In this document: positions 22,604 through 33,598 of the stretch, piece by piece
Layout: the number at the start of each line of letters is the position of its first letter
Numbering within the stretch: the stretch's first letter is position 1
Notes under the pieces: model-generated
Databases searched by the model: none
The model's input: the letters and a program-made list of their open reading frames with translations, nothing else
What the model was told of the DNA's origin: nothing
Position numbers and translations under genes: made by a program
Source: an uncultured Methanosarcinaceae archaeon
GTDB taxonomy: Archaea; Halobacteriota; Methanosarcinia; Methanosarcinales; Methanosarcinaceae
Direction of reading: 5' to 3'
Assembly (NCBI GenBank): GCA_963727895.1
Contig: CAVSHT010000011.1
Coordinates: 224,001 to 288,000 of the forward strand
DNA length: 64,000 bases

Positions 22604-25277
22604 TTACTTCAGGACTTCTACAAAGCCTCTCGTGCCATCAACACGGACATACTGACCGTCTTTTAAGATTTTAGTAGCATTTTCTATGCCGACAACAGCC
22701 GGAATACCATATTCCCTTGCAATTACAGAGCCGTGCGTCATCATGCAACCTACCTCCACCACTAGAGCTTCAACGGAATAAAACAGAGGAGTCCAGCCAG
22801 GATCAGTAAAAGGCGCTACTAAAACATCTCCTTTGTTCAACTTTGCTGCTTCGGGTTTGAGTATAACCTTTACGTACCCTTCTGCGACCCCGGCAGAAAC
22901 AGGAGTCCCGATTAAAGCGTTTTTTGGAGCTTCAACATCGCTCCTCACACCCGTAATGACTTCTCCTTCACTGGTCATAACTCTTGGAGGAGTCATCTTT
23001 TGGTACTGTTCGTAGACTTTTTTACGTGAGTTTATAAGCTGTTTCAGGTCTTCATTAAAACGATTTTCTAACAATTCAACCAGTTCCTCTAGATACAAAT
23101 AAAACACATCTTCCTCTCTTTCCAGAACCCCTCGTTGATGTAAATCCCGTGCTTCTACCAGGACAGCCTGTCGATATATCAAAAAATCGAACAACACAAT
23201 ACTTAGGAAATTCACGTAAGCCTGTAGAATTTCGATAAATGAAAAGAAGTCTGGACATAATTTTTGCTTTTAAGTTTCCTACATGAGTAGCGCTAATGCG
23301 TTCCAGAATTTTTTGTATGGCTTCTTGAGCTTCCTTTCTGCCTTGTTTGAACCGGTTTCGATGCTTACCAGTTTCATTGCTTTTTAGATGGCTTATAATG
23401 GATGGAACAAGAAGAGTTGGAGCTTCCCACCATCGAATATTTGAAATGTCGATTTCACCGGGACAGCGCATACCATATAATTCCATGAACCTTTCCAGGT
23501 CGGCACTGAATATATCTCCACCTTTTACTTTACTGAGCCCTTTATAGAAAGTACGGTCTTCTGCTCTTTCCAGATAATCTACCACTTCAGGATATTTTCG
23601 TGCTGTATCAGCCAGATACCCAATCATTAATCCCATATCACCTGTCACATTTCCAGGAGGAGATTTGTTTAACGTGTCAACATCAAGTTCTTTATTCAAC
23701 CATATTTTTGTCAAATGGCTTGCTATGGGAAGAACAATGAATGATAAAGGTATGTACATCATGCTTCTGTTCAGTTCTTGTAGCAAATTCCCCATACTTT
23801 CCTGAACTCTTTTTATTCGCTCTGTTCCTGATGTTTGCATGATACTACGTCTATACTTATCGATAACCTGTTCCATAGGGGATGTGGCTCGCTCAATTAT
23901 GCTTGAGGGATCGAGAAACAGTAAATTGTTAACAATTAACGGGATACCCTTTAGATAGAGCAGGAACATTGGTTTGAGTAATTTGAAAACCTGTTTTGCT
24001 GTACCTTTGTTTGTGTTTGCTTCCTGTTGAAATATTTCACTTGATACTATCTTTTGCCAGAGCATTTCCCATTAATTCATCCAGAATAGTGATTTTCTAG
24101 GTCAAATATCGCCGAAAAAACTTACTGTACAAAAAAGAGGTGACATCGAAAAAAAGTATGCCTCCGGCTTCTACAATTGCTGGGCTGGAACCGGATATAG
24201 AAGTCCTTCCTAAAGGGAAATATGCCTTTAAAAATAGAAATTCCCATAGGTTTCATGGCATCTGTCATCGTCTGCATGTATGCCAGAGAAAAAAATACGT
24301 GAAGTTTACTGTCATATAGTTTAGGAATTGGATAAAGAGTAGTGATAGGTCGGCTTTGTAAGATATAGAACCTGTCCCCTGCCAGGCACCACTCAATATC
24401 CTGTTCCGAGCAGTAGTGCTTTTCTATTTTTTGACCTAGTTGAGCCAGCTTTAAAATCTTATCATCAGAGAGAACTTGCTGTGTTTTGAAGTTCAGGAAC
24501 AAGTTCCTTAGTCACTGTTCCCCCCTCTGTGACTGGATAAATAGCTTTCTTCTTTTCTGCGATTTTCTTTTTGACAATCTGACCCTCGCGGACCTGATAA
24601 GAGTCAGCTGAAACAATTCCTAAAACCAGAGCCTCACCCAATCCAAAGCTGGCATCAATGGAAATAGTATTCCTGTGTCCGGTGACGGGATCCACGGTAA
24701 ACATAAGCCCGGAAACTTCCGGAAATACCATTTGCTGCACTACTACAGACAAATAGACTGAACGGTGATCAAATCCGTTTTTTATACGGTAGAGAATTGC
24801 CCTGTCGGTAAATAGTGAACTCCAGCATTTTTGCACAGCTTGAAGGAGTTGATCTGATCCTTTTACGTTCAAATAAGTTTCTTGCTGACCTGCAAAAGAA
24901 GCAGTAGGCAAGTCTTCGGCTGTAGCACTTGACCGAACGGCATAAGCCTGTTCTTCCCCCACTATTTTCCATGCATCAAGGATAAAAAGTTTAATTGCTT
25001 GAGGTATGAGAACAGTTAATAGATGGTTCTGAATCAGTTTTCCTAGCTTACTAATTTCCTCAGTTTTATCTGGTTTTAACTGGTCAAGCAAATCAAAAAA
25101 TCTGTATATCTCAGAGCTTTCTGCAATAAAATCACGGTAAGCTGATGTTATGATACAAAATCCAGACGGGATAAGAAATCCAGCCTTTCTTATTTCTCCC
25201 AGATTAGCGCCTTTTCCCCCAACTTCAGGCAAATTTGTCCTATCGACTTCATTAAAGTGCATTACATAAACACTCAT
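22604..25277 (-). pseudogene. PEP-synthase-like / rifampicin phosphotransferase (RPH-type architecture), several frameshifts
   Basis: VGGKGANLG, AVRSSATAED, SFAGQ, QSRPITT, YGMRCPGEID, C-terminal THGSVIAREYGIPAVV His domain; four ORF pieces. Confidence 0.88.
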
Positions 25278-25327
25278 GTTAAATACACCTCAAAAATGAA
25301 ATCTTGATTTTATATTATACGCTTTTA

Positions 25328-26067
25328 GGCATTGATACTTAAACATAGTTATATACTATTAGAAAATATATTTCTTCATGAACTGCCCCAGATGCAATAG
25401 TTCCAGTCACAAAAAGAACGGTATAGTTGGTGGGCGTCAACGCTACAAATGCCATGATTGTGGATATAACTATATAGTAGAGCTAAAATCAACTGCTTTT
25501 TCCGCCTCTGTTAAAAAACAGGCTTTACAACTTTATCTTGAAGGATTGGGCTTTCGTTCAATAGGAAGAGTTTTAGGGGTGAGTCATGTTTCTGTCCAAA
25601 GATGGATCAAGAAATTTGGTCAGGAGTTAGAGAACCTAAAAAGTGAAAATGAGATATCTATTGTTGAAATGGATGAGATGCACACTTACATCGGTAACAA
25701 CAAAAATATTGCTGGATCTGGATTGCTGTTGATAGAGTTGGGAAAAAGTTCATCAACTGCTCTTTTGGTAGCAGAGGAACGGAAACTGGAAAACTACTCT
25801 AGGAATAAATGAAGAAAAAAGAGATTGGAGAAGTGATGACCGATCACTGGAGGGCATATGCAGAGTTTATTCCAGAAAAGATCCATACTCAATCAAAAGC
25901 AGAAACGTATACTGTTGAAGGATATAACAGCATATTGAGGCACTTTCTGGCAAGATTGAGAAGAAAGACAAAGTGTTATACGAAGAGTCTTGAAATGCTA
26001 AAGTACTCGGTTATTCTATTGATGAAATAAAGAAATAAAGAACTAGATATATTTAGTTAACAATACC
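25328..26067 (+). mobile_element. IS1-family element
   Basis: Ends GGCATTGATACT... and ...TTAACAATACC; 8-bp target duplication CGCTTTTA/CGTTTTTA; internal stops. Confidence 0.92.
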
Positions 26068-26225
26068 CGTTTTTATAGTATAGGACTGACGCGGTTGTCT
26101 CTTGGCTAGTACGAAATCGCGACTTAACTAATTTTTTATAATACGATAAAATTAGAAATGTGTTTATGAATCTTATGCAAACAGAAGGCATATAACATAT
26201 CCAATTTGTGTGGTGAGATCTAAAA

Positions 26226-28442
26226 ATGGATACTGAAGTTAAATCCATTGGAGTTCAGGAGTTTGTTCGCAGATTTAAAGATCTAATAGAAAACAAAAAT
26301 GCAAAGCTCTGCTTCTTTTTGGGTGCAGGATGCTCGGTATCCTCAGGTATTCCAACTGCAGCAACCCTTGTAGAGAATTTATGGCTTCCAAAGCTCAAAG
26401 AATTAAAAACAAAAAATCAAGAAGACTTTAACAAGTGGTTCAAAATAAGATTTCCAGAATACGACAAAAACAATGCAGCCCAATTCTATAGAGACATAAT
26501 GGAAGAACTATTTCTAACTCCAAAACAGAGGCAGCAGGAAATCGAAAGGCTGGTTGCAAAAAAAGATCCTGGATTCGGGTATGCTATTTTAGCTCAGTTA
26601 CTGGCAGAAAAATGTGGAGAACACTGCAATATAATCCTCACCACAAACTTTGATGATATGGTTGCAGATGCTCTTTATCTTTATACAAACAAAAAACCCA
26701 TCGTCATCTTCCATGAGTCTCTAGCTGGGTTTGTAAAAATTAGTGGTACACGCCCTATGGTAATAAAACTTTATGTAGATTCAAAACTGTCTCCTATGAA
26801 TACAAAAAAAGAAACTAAGGAATTAAATGATAAAGTTAAGAAAGTAATTAAAAACTTGCTTTCTGAAGCTGGCTTGATTTTCATCGGATACGGTGGTAAT
26901 GATAATAGTATAACTGAGATTCTTAAAAAAGTTCCAGAAGACGAAGGCTCTTTTCAATGGGGAATCTATTGGATAGGACAAAGTATACCAAATAACGATA
27001 TGGGAGCGTTTCTAAAAAACAGAAATGCAGTATGGGTAAATCATAGGGATTTTGATGAACTGATGCTTCTCATAAAGGAAGAATTTGGACTTAAATCTCC
27101 ATCAAACGATAGATTTGAAAAATTGTTTAAAGTGTATTTTGATACACTTCAAAATTTGAATGAAAAAATTAATTTAAAGCCAGACTCTGGGGAGAAGAAA
27201 ATTCTTGAAAATGCCGTTGAGAAAACATCAAAAGAATTTAAATCCTGGCGGTCAATAGAGTTAGAAGCATCAAAATATCAGAAGGCAGATCTTAAAAAGG
27301 CGGACCAGATTTGCCAAAAAGGTATAAGTCAATTTCCAAATAGTCATGAACTTATTAAAAACTATGCAATTTTCTTGCATAATATTCGTAAGGACTATGA
27401 TAAAGCAGGAAAGCTGTTCAAGAAAGCTCTCTAAATTGAACCAGAGAATACTAGAAATCTTGGAAACTATGCGGTTTTTCTAAAGAATATTCATAAGGAC
27501 TACGATAAAGCAGAAGAGCTGTTCAAGAAAGCTCTTGAAATTGAACCAGATAATGCTAATAACCTTGGAAGCTATGCGATTTTTTTGAATGACATTCGTA
27601 AGGACCACGATAAAGCAGAAAATTTTTACAAGAAAGCTCTCAAAATTGAGCCCGAGCACGCAAATAACCTTGAAAACTATGCGTATTTCTTGGAAGACAT
27701 TCGTAAGGACCACGATAAAGCAGAAGATTTTTACAAGAAAGCTCTCTAAATTGAACCAGATAATGCTGACAACCTTGGAAACTATGCAATTTTTCTGAAT
27801 GATATTCGTAAGGACTACGATAAAGCAGAAGAGTTTTACACGAAAGCTCTCAAAATTGAACCCGCGAATGCTAATAACCTTGAAAACTATGCGTATTTCT
27901 TGGAAGACATTCGTAAGGACTACGATAGAGCAGAAGATTTTTACAAGAAAGCTCTAAAGATTGAACCAAAGAATGCTAAATACCTTGGAATCTATGCAAA
28001 TTTTCTGAAGAATATTCGTAAAGACTACGATAAAGCGGAAGTGTTTTACAAGAAAGTTCTCGATATTGAACCCGAGAATGCTAGATACCTTGGAAACTAT
28101 CCAGGATTTCTGCTATCTATGGGAAAGGAAGAAGATGGATTTAGTCTATTAAAAAAGGTACTTTTTTCAACTGATAAACAAAATTTATTACTAGAATGCT
28201 GGTTCTATTGTTATGCCCATACAAAAGATAAAAAATCTAGAAATCAGAGCCTCTGTAAAATAAAAGATTTGATCAAATCTGGAGTCAGATCTCCGTATTG
28301 GAATCTAGAAGAAAATATGAAAACCGCCGTAGAAAGTGGTCATCCCGAATCAGAGTTCTTAGAAAAGCTTTCAAAAGTTATATCTGATGAAGTAAATGCA
28401 AAAGAACTGGATGATTTTGATGTCTGGTTGCAGTGTTCCTAA
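26226..28442 (+). pseudogene. SIR2-like domain fused to about 7 TPR repeats; two in-frame TAA stops
   Basis: FFLGAGCS, ILTTNFDD, FIGYGG; 105-nt repeats; ORFs 26226 and 27900 share a frame; TAA at 27432 and 27747. Confidence 0.85.
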
Positions 28443-28817
28443 ACTACATCAGTAATTTCTATTTTGATTTGATTTCATTGGTCATCGGTTAAGGAATTTT
28501 CTTGCCTGAAAGCTATCGATTTTGCACTAGAAACCTGCCTTAAATCTTAGCTTATCTACATGAAATCGATATCTTGTTCCAGCTCATAATCTATTAACAT
28601 ATTTAACAAATGTTGTGGAAATGAAAGCAATTTGTCACGATTCCTCACTTAACTGAAGACGCATGGATTTGATTTAGAAATTAAGAATAAATATTTACGA
28701 CCAATGCTAGAAACTTAAAACAGAACAAAAAAGTTAAGGTAAAGGTAGTAAAGTTGTTAATTAACTAGCTACCTTTAATCTTGACTATTTTTGAAAATCG
28801 TATTTCAAATAATCAAA

Positions 28818-29171
28818 TTATGAATTATTACTTGAGTTTTCTGCTGGAGGCATGGTGCCATTACCTGACATGTTGCCTGGAGCTCCTCCAGGAGGCATGG
28901 TAGAGTTGTTAGACATGTTGCCTGGAGCTCCTCCAGGAGGCATGGTAGAGTTGTTAGACATGTTGCCTGGAGCTCCTCCAGGAGGCATGGTAGAGTTGTT
29001 AGACATGTTACCTGGAGCTCCTCCAGGAGGCATGGTAGCGTTACTGGACACATTGCTTGCGTTATCTGCTGAAGAAGTAGTAGTGTCGGATGTTTTACTG
29101 CTAGTACATCCTGACATTGCTACTACTGACATAAGCAGCAAGCCAATTACTAAAAAGCTTATTTTTTTCAT
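28818..29171 (-). CDS. Small secreted lipoprotein with 15-aa repeats
   Basis: MKK + hydrophobic stretch + SGC lipobox; 45-bp repeat encoding NMSNNSTMPPGGAPG, about 4 copies. Confidence 0.75.
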   Translation of the reverse strand: MKKISFLVIGLLLMSVVAMSGCTSSKTSDTTTSSADNASNVSSNATMPPGGAPGNMSNNSTMPPGGAPGNMSNNSTMPPGGAPGNMSNNSTMPPGGAPGNMSGNGTMPPAENSSNNS

Positions 29172-29577
29172 TATAGTACCTCAAAAATATTGTTTAATTG
29201 TAACTCCAATTTAGAGGGAATCTAAAGGATGTGTTTAAATATACAAGACAGTAAGATTTCAGATTGTCTTGGTTTTTCGAAAAGAAAAGAACTCAAACAC
29301 TAAAAAACCTTTGCATATTTTCCTATATTCATGCGCTTATTGAATCTTTTTTCTGCTCAATATTCCTTGTTTGAAATATTTGATTCAACTTATTTGATTC
29401 AACTTCCAATTTTTCGTTCTAATACATAATGGATTTAGACAAACTGGATTGGATCTGGGCACAGATAAAAATAAAGAACAAATTAAAAAATCGAAAACTA
29501 AGTAGAAAATCTGAAAACAAAAACAGCAGCAAAAAACAGGAACAATATAGAAAAGGTATAAAGCCAAAAATCACAGT

Positions 29578-30225
29578 TCAAATAATCTCTTCAATTTTAT
29601 TTTCAGAAGCTTTTAACACTTCTCTCGCCTGTGCTTCATTAAGCCCTGCTCCAATTGCGATTTTCAGGGCTGTTTCATCAGTGATCAGATTTTCAGGAGC
29701 ATGTGTATCGGTATTTACCAGAAGTGTTGCGCCTACTTCAAGAGCAATCCGGGCGACATGTCCATTAGTTCGGTTGTGCCCATTTCGGGCAGTGATTTCC
29801 AGGCAAACATTGTTCTCTTTAGCCTTTTCGGCATCTTCTTTCGAGATCAGGCCTGGATGAGCTAAGATGTCCACAAATTCACAGGCAGCTACTGCTGCAT
29901 TTGTTCCAGGGGCAACCGGCTCGGAGGTGGTTTCCCCATGCACGACTACAATTTCTGCACCCAGATCTTTTGCTTTCTTTGCAAGAGGAGCTATTTTCCG
30001 TGGTGGGACATGTGTTAATTCAACGCCAGCTAGAACGCGAATATCCCATTCACTTTCAAGATATTTTGCTTTCTGTCCGGCTTCTATAAGTTGTTCGAGA
30101 TTTGTGTAATCAGCATGGTCGGTAAGGGCAATAGCCTTATAGCCGTGAATAACCGCCCGCCGGACAAGTTCACTGGGGATAAGTTCCCCATCACTGAAAA
30201 TCGTGTGAGTGTGAAGATCAATCAA
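29578..30225 (-). CDS. PHP-family phosphoesterase (histidinol-phosphatase-like)
   Basis: DLHTH, SDG, TDH, GVE, AHP, TDTH; TTG start after GGTGA. Confidence 0.88.
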   Translation of the reverse strand: MIDLHTHTIFSDGELIPSELVRRAVIHGYKAIALTDHADYTNLEQLIEAGQKAKYLESEWDIRVLAGVELTHVPPRKIAPLAKKAKDLGAEIVVVHGETTSEPVAPGTNAAVAACEFVDILAHPGLISKEDAEKAKENNVCLEITARNGHNRTNGHVARIALEVGATLLVNTDTHAPENLITDETALKIAIGAGLNEAQAREVLKASENKIEEII

Positions 30226-30413
30226 CCAGATCACCGTGTTTGGAAGTAGTTTTTAACATTGAGTAAACTCTTATTAAGTAAACTCTTATTAATTCTGTTT
30301 ACTACTTTTTTAATTAACAACTATATTTAATTTCAATTTATAGTTTCAGCTGTTAAATTATATATATTTTTGCTAACTACTATAGTTTATATTAGCTGAA
30401 GCTCCTGATTTAA

Positions 30414-31205
30414 TTACTCAGATTTCTCGGTTTTTCCAAGCCTTTCTGCCACATCGGCAAAAGCGAAGTTTGGTTTGACATCTGCTATTTTTATCCTGAC
30501 TTTTTCTCCAACCTCGACTTCTTTTACAAAGACGACAAATTCTTCAATGAGTACAGCTCCGTCCCCACTTGAACCCAGCTTCTCAATATCTACGATAAAC
30601 TCATCCCCTTTACGGAGAGGCGCTGTAAGAAATTTCTTTCCAATAACGTAGATTTCCGCACTCTGTGACCGCGAAGCTTTCGGGGAGTAAGCCATTGTCC
30701 TGACAAAGTTTTCCCTGACTTTCTGCATGTAATCATTAAACATGTCTCCCTGGAAAACCTTTACAACAAAATTTCCTTTAGGTTTGAGAATTTTTTTTGC
30801 ACATTCCAGGGCTGATGTTGAAAGTTCTATTGATCTTGCATGGTCATAAGACCAGTTTCCGGAAAGGTTAGGAGCTGCGTCACACAGTACCACATCAGTT
30901 CCTTTTGTTCCAACAATTTTAATAATTTTCTTTATTGTCGATTCCGCGTTTATATCTCCCTGAATGGTCTCGACGCCTTCAATAGGTACGATTCTCTGGA
31001 GGTCTACACCAAGTACCTTACCTCCAGATAGCTCCTTTGCAACCTGCAGCCATCCGCCTGGGGCTGCGCCCAGATCAACAACTGAGTCTCCCTTATTGAT
31101 AACACGATGTCTTTCATTAATCTGCTTGAGTTTGAAGGAAGCCCTGGACCGGTATCCTTCCTCTTTTGCCTGATGATAATAATAGTCTCTTCTGTCTCTT
31201 GCCAT
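30414..31205 (-). CDS. rlmE: 23S rRNA Um2552 methyltransferase RlmE/FtsJ with TRAM domain
   Basis: YRSRASFKL, DLGAAPGGW, KPKGNFVVK, C-terminal TRAM. Confidence 0.95.
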   Translation of the reverse strand: MARDRRDYYYHQAKEEGYRSRASFKLKQINERHRVINKGDSVVDLGAAPGGWLQVAKELSGGKVLGVDLQRIVPIEGVETIQGDINAESTIKKIIKIVGTKGTDVVLCDAAPNLSGNWSYDHARSIELSTSALECAKKILKPKGNFVVKVFQGDMFNDYMQKVRENFVRTMAYSPKASRSQSAEIYVIGKKFLTAPLRKGDEFIVDIEKLGSSGDGAVLIEEFVVFVKEVEVGEKVRIKIADVKPNFAFADVAERLGKTEKSE

Positions 31206-31288
31206 TACTTACCTTCCCTGCACTGAAAGATGATATAGATTGCGCAAAAGTCGTTCATTCATCAATCTTCAATTTAATCCACTGAATC

Positions 31289-32002
31289 TCATATTTCAAT
31301 ACAAGTACTTTTGTTCTTAAGCTCACTATTAAACAAAATAACAGAGCATATCAACACGATAACAGCTATCCACACTGCTTTAACTCCAATAAATGATGTA
31401 AGCAACGCGCCCAAAATAGCTCCTGCTAAAAAAGAAAGATTTATTGTAGAGTATCGAATGGCTCTGCGAGCTGATTCATAGTCTCTTTTTGTGAAAGCGA
31501 TATAAGCTTCCTGTGTAGCTGAACGTAGGTTTCCCGTAACCATTGTTGTGCTATACGTAGAGCCAACGAGTTTGCGAAATGAGGATATCTGTACCGAAGA
31601 AACGAATGAAATAACAACTGTTACAATGATATTTGGACTTGTGTAAGGTATAAAGCCTACAATAAAAAGGACTACAGTTTCAAGAATTAAAACTGCCCTT
31701 TCGGATTCCGGTATGGACAGGCGCATTGAATGCTTTTTAATTATTTCAGCTACTACTACTCCTACCATAAATGCCAGAATAGGAACCGCGTGAAGCACTG
31801 CCTGCCCCCATTCTCCTGTTGCGGCTTCTATACCCATTAGCACGATATTTCCTGTCTGAGCATTGGCAAAAACCCCTCCTCTACCTACAAATGTATAGGC
31901 ATCAAGAAATCCCCCTACAATTGCAAGAAGTATACCAAGCTCTACTGATTCGGAGGTAAAATTACATAAACGTATTTTTCTTTTGTTTTTCAATGTTAAC
32001 AT
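31289..32002 (-). CDS. YoaK/DUF1275 family membrane protein
   Basis: GGFLDAYTF, FANAQTGN, TTMVTGNL. Confidence 0.88.
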   Translation of the reverse strand: MLTLKNKRKIRLCNFTSESVELGILLAIVGGFLDAYTFVGRGGVFANAQTGNIVLMGIEAATGEWGQAVLHAVPILAFMVGVVVAEIIKKHSMRLSIPESERAVLILETVVLFIVGFIPYTSPNIIVTVVISFVSSVQISSFRKLVGSTYSTTMVTGNLRSATQEAYIAFTKRDYESARRAIRYSTINLSFLAGAILGALLTSFIGVKAVWIAVIVLICSVILFNSELKNKSTCIEI

Positions 32003-32351
32003 CTTTTATCGTTCTGAATTCAAAAAACCCTATTTAATAGTAACGAGCCTTGTTCATAATTATATTTAAATCCATTTATATAATCCTGTATTCTCTCATT
32101 TGAAGTACAAAATCGCACATAATAGACGTTGTAATCAAATCCTTTTTGGGACGTTGATAATTAAATATACCTATTTCTCAGTTCAACCTATTAAGTCCTT
32201 TTATATTGATTATGGGCTTTATAGAAGACTTATTTAAGTTCGTCTCTAGAAGCTAAATAAATATATGTAAAAATACATCTATCTATTCAGTTAAAACTAG
32301 TCTTTGCTTCATTAATCATATCAATACAAAATCTTTTAGTTTCTACTGCTA

Positions 32352-33598
32352 ATGTTCATGTCCACAGACCTCTTGCAGTAAATTTGATTTGAATCTTCTG
32401 ACATATTTGTAAAAACAAATCAACATCTATAGTCAATAGGCTAAATACTACAACTTTATTGAGATACAAAATGTTATTTTTTGCAGCAATTATGGGCGTT
32501 ACTATATGTCTGAAATATACGTTTATAAATGGGAGGATATCCAAAAATATTTTCCACCTGAAAGAGTGGCAGAAATTCGAGCCAAAATCCTTGAACTGCG
32601 AAAATCTGGAAAATATACCGATAGAGAACTGTGGGAAATGTATGGAATGAGCGAACGTACTTTCTATTATCTTGTTGAAAGAGCAAAAGACGGAAGTAGA
32701 GCAGAAGACTTGAAGGACACGCCTTCGAAGCCTAAAAATCCATATCGAAAGCTAACGGATGAAGATAAAGCTGAAATAATAAATCTCTATTTGAATAATA
32801 CAAACAAAATCGAATCATCTAAACATGCGTTTGTTGATGCAATGGAAAAAACAGACCATGTCTTAAAATCAGAGAGAGTACAGCAATTGACGGGATTAAT
32901 GGATAAAGCTGTGAAGGGAGTTCGAAGAATTGCAGCTTCATTCAATAAAAAAAAAGAGAACAAAGAAAGCTCAGTTTGTGTTGGCAAATCATGGGTTCAT
33001 CATATTCTTGCTATTGCTGGGCTTACTGGAAAACAGAAGACGGCTATAAGTTCCAAACATCTTCAACGCCCTCAAGAACCATTGAGCTCTTTCAATATGG
33101 ACTATACTCAACGGAGAATTGGAAATGGTGAGACTGCGTATGTTTTTGGTGTACTTGATATTTTTAACAGTGGTATTGTAATCCTTGATGCCCATAAGAC
33201 AAAATCAGGTGCGAATGTGGTAGAATCTCTTCACCAATTACGCAAAATAGTACCAAAAGATGTTGTAATCGAGATTCGATCTGATGGAGGTTTGGAGTTT
33301 AATAATGCGACTGTGCGTGAATATTGTAATAAAAATAATATTATACATCATATTCTTCCAAAGGCACATCCGTGGTTGAACGCTTTCATTGAACGAGCAA
33401 TAGAGACTTTGCAATATGAATTCATAAATTTACAATACCATGCAACGTTTAATGATTTTCAGAAATTTCTTGTGATTACTAAAAATGGATACAATTTACG
33501 TGAGCATTCATCATTCAACTATCGAAGTCCAGTGGAAATATGGAATTCTTCGGAAGTTTCATTGAGTGTTACTGCAAGAGGTCTGTGGACATGAACGT
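32352..33598 (+). mobile_element. IS481-like element with 30-bp terminal inverted repeats
   Basis: IRs 32352-32381 and 33569-33598 match 29/30; flanked by TA. Confidence 0.9.
32506..33594 (+). CDS. DDE (rve integrase-core) transposase, intact
   Basis: N-terminal HTH, FNMD, RSDGG...IER with D(35)E spacing, YNLREHSS. Confidence 0.9.
   Translation: MSEIYVYKWEDIQKYFPPERVAEIRAKILELRKSGKYTDRELWEMYGMSERTFYYLVERAKDGSRAEDLKDTPSKPKNPYRKLTDEDKAEIINLYLNNTNKIESSKHAFVDAMEKTDHVLKSERVQQLTGLMDKAVKGVRRIAASFNKKKENKESSVCVGKSWVHHILAIAGLTGKQKTAISSKHLQRPQEPLSSFNMDYTQRRIGNGETAYVFGVLDIFNSGIVILDAHKTKSGANVVESLHQLRKIVPKDVVIEIRSDGGLEFNNATVREYCNKNNIIHHILPKAHPWLNAFIERAIETLQYEFINLQYHATFNDFQKFLVITKNGYNLREHSSFNYRSPVEIWNSSEVSLSVTARGLWT

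Noticed and set aside
27330..28100. Diversity-generating retroelement TR/VR pair in the TPR repeats
   Set aside because: No reverse transcriptase in the window, and differences are not adenine-specific
28850..29045. Palindromic repeats resembling a CRISPR array
   Set aside because: Units are contiguous 45-bp coding repeats with no unique spacers, and no cas genes are present
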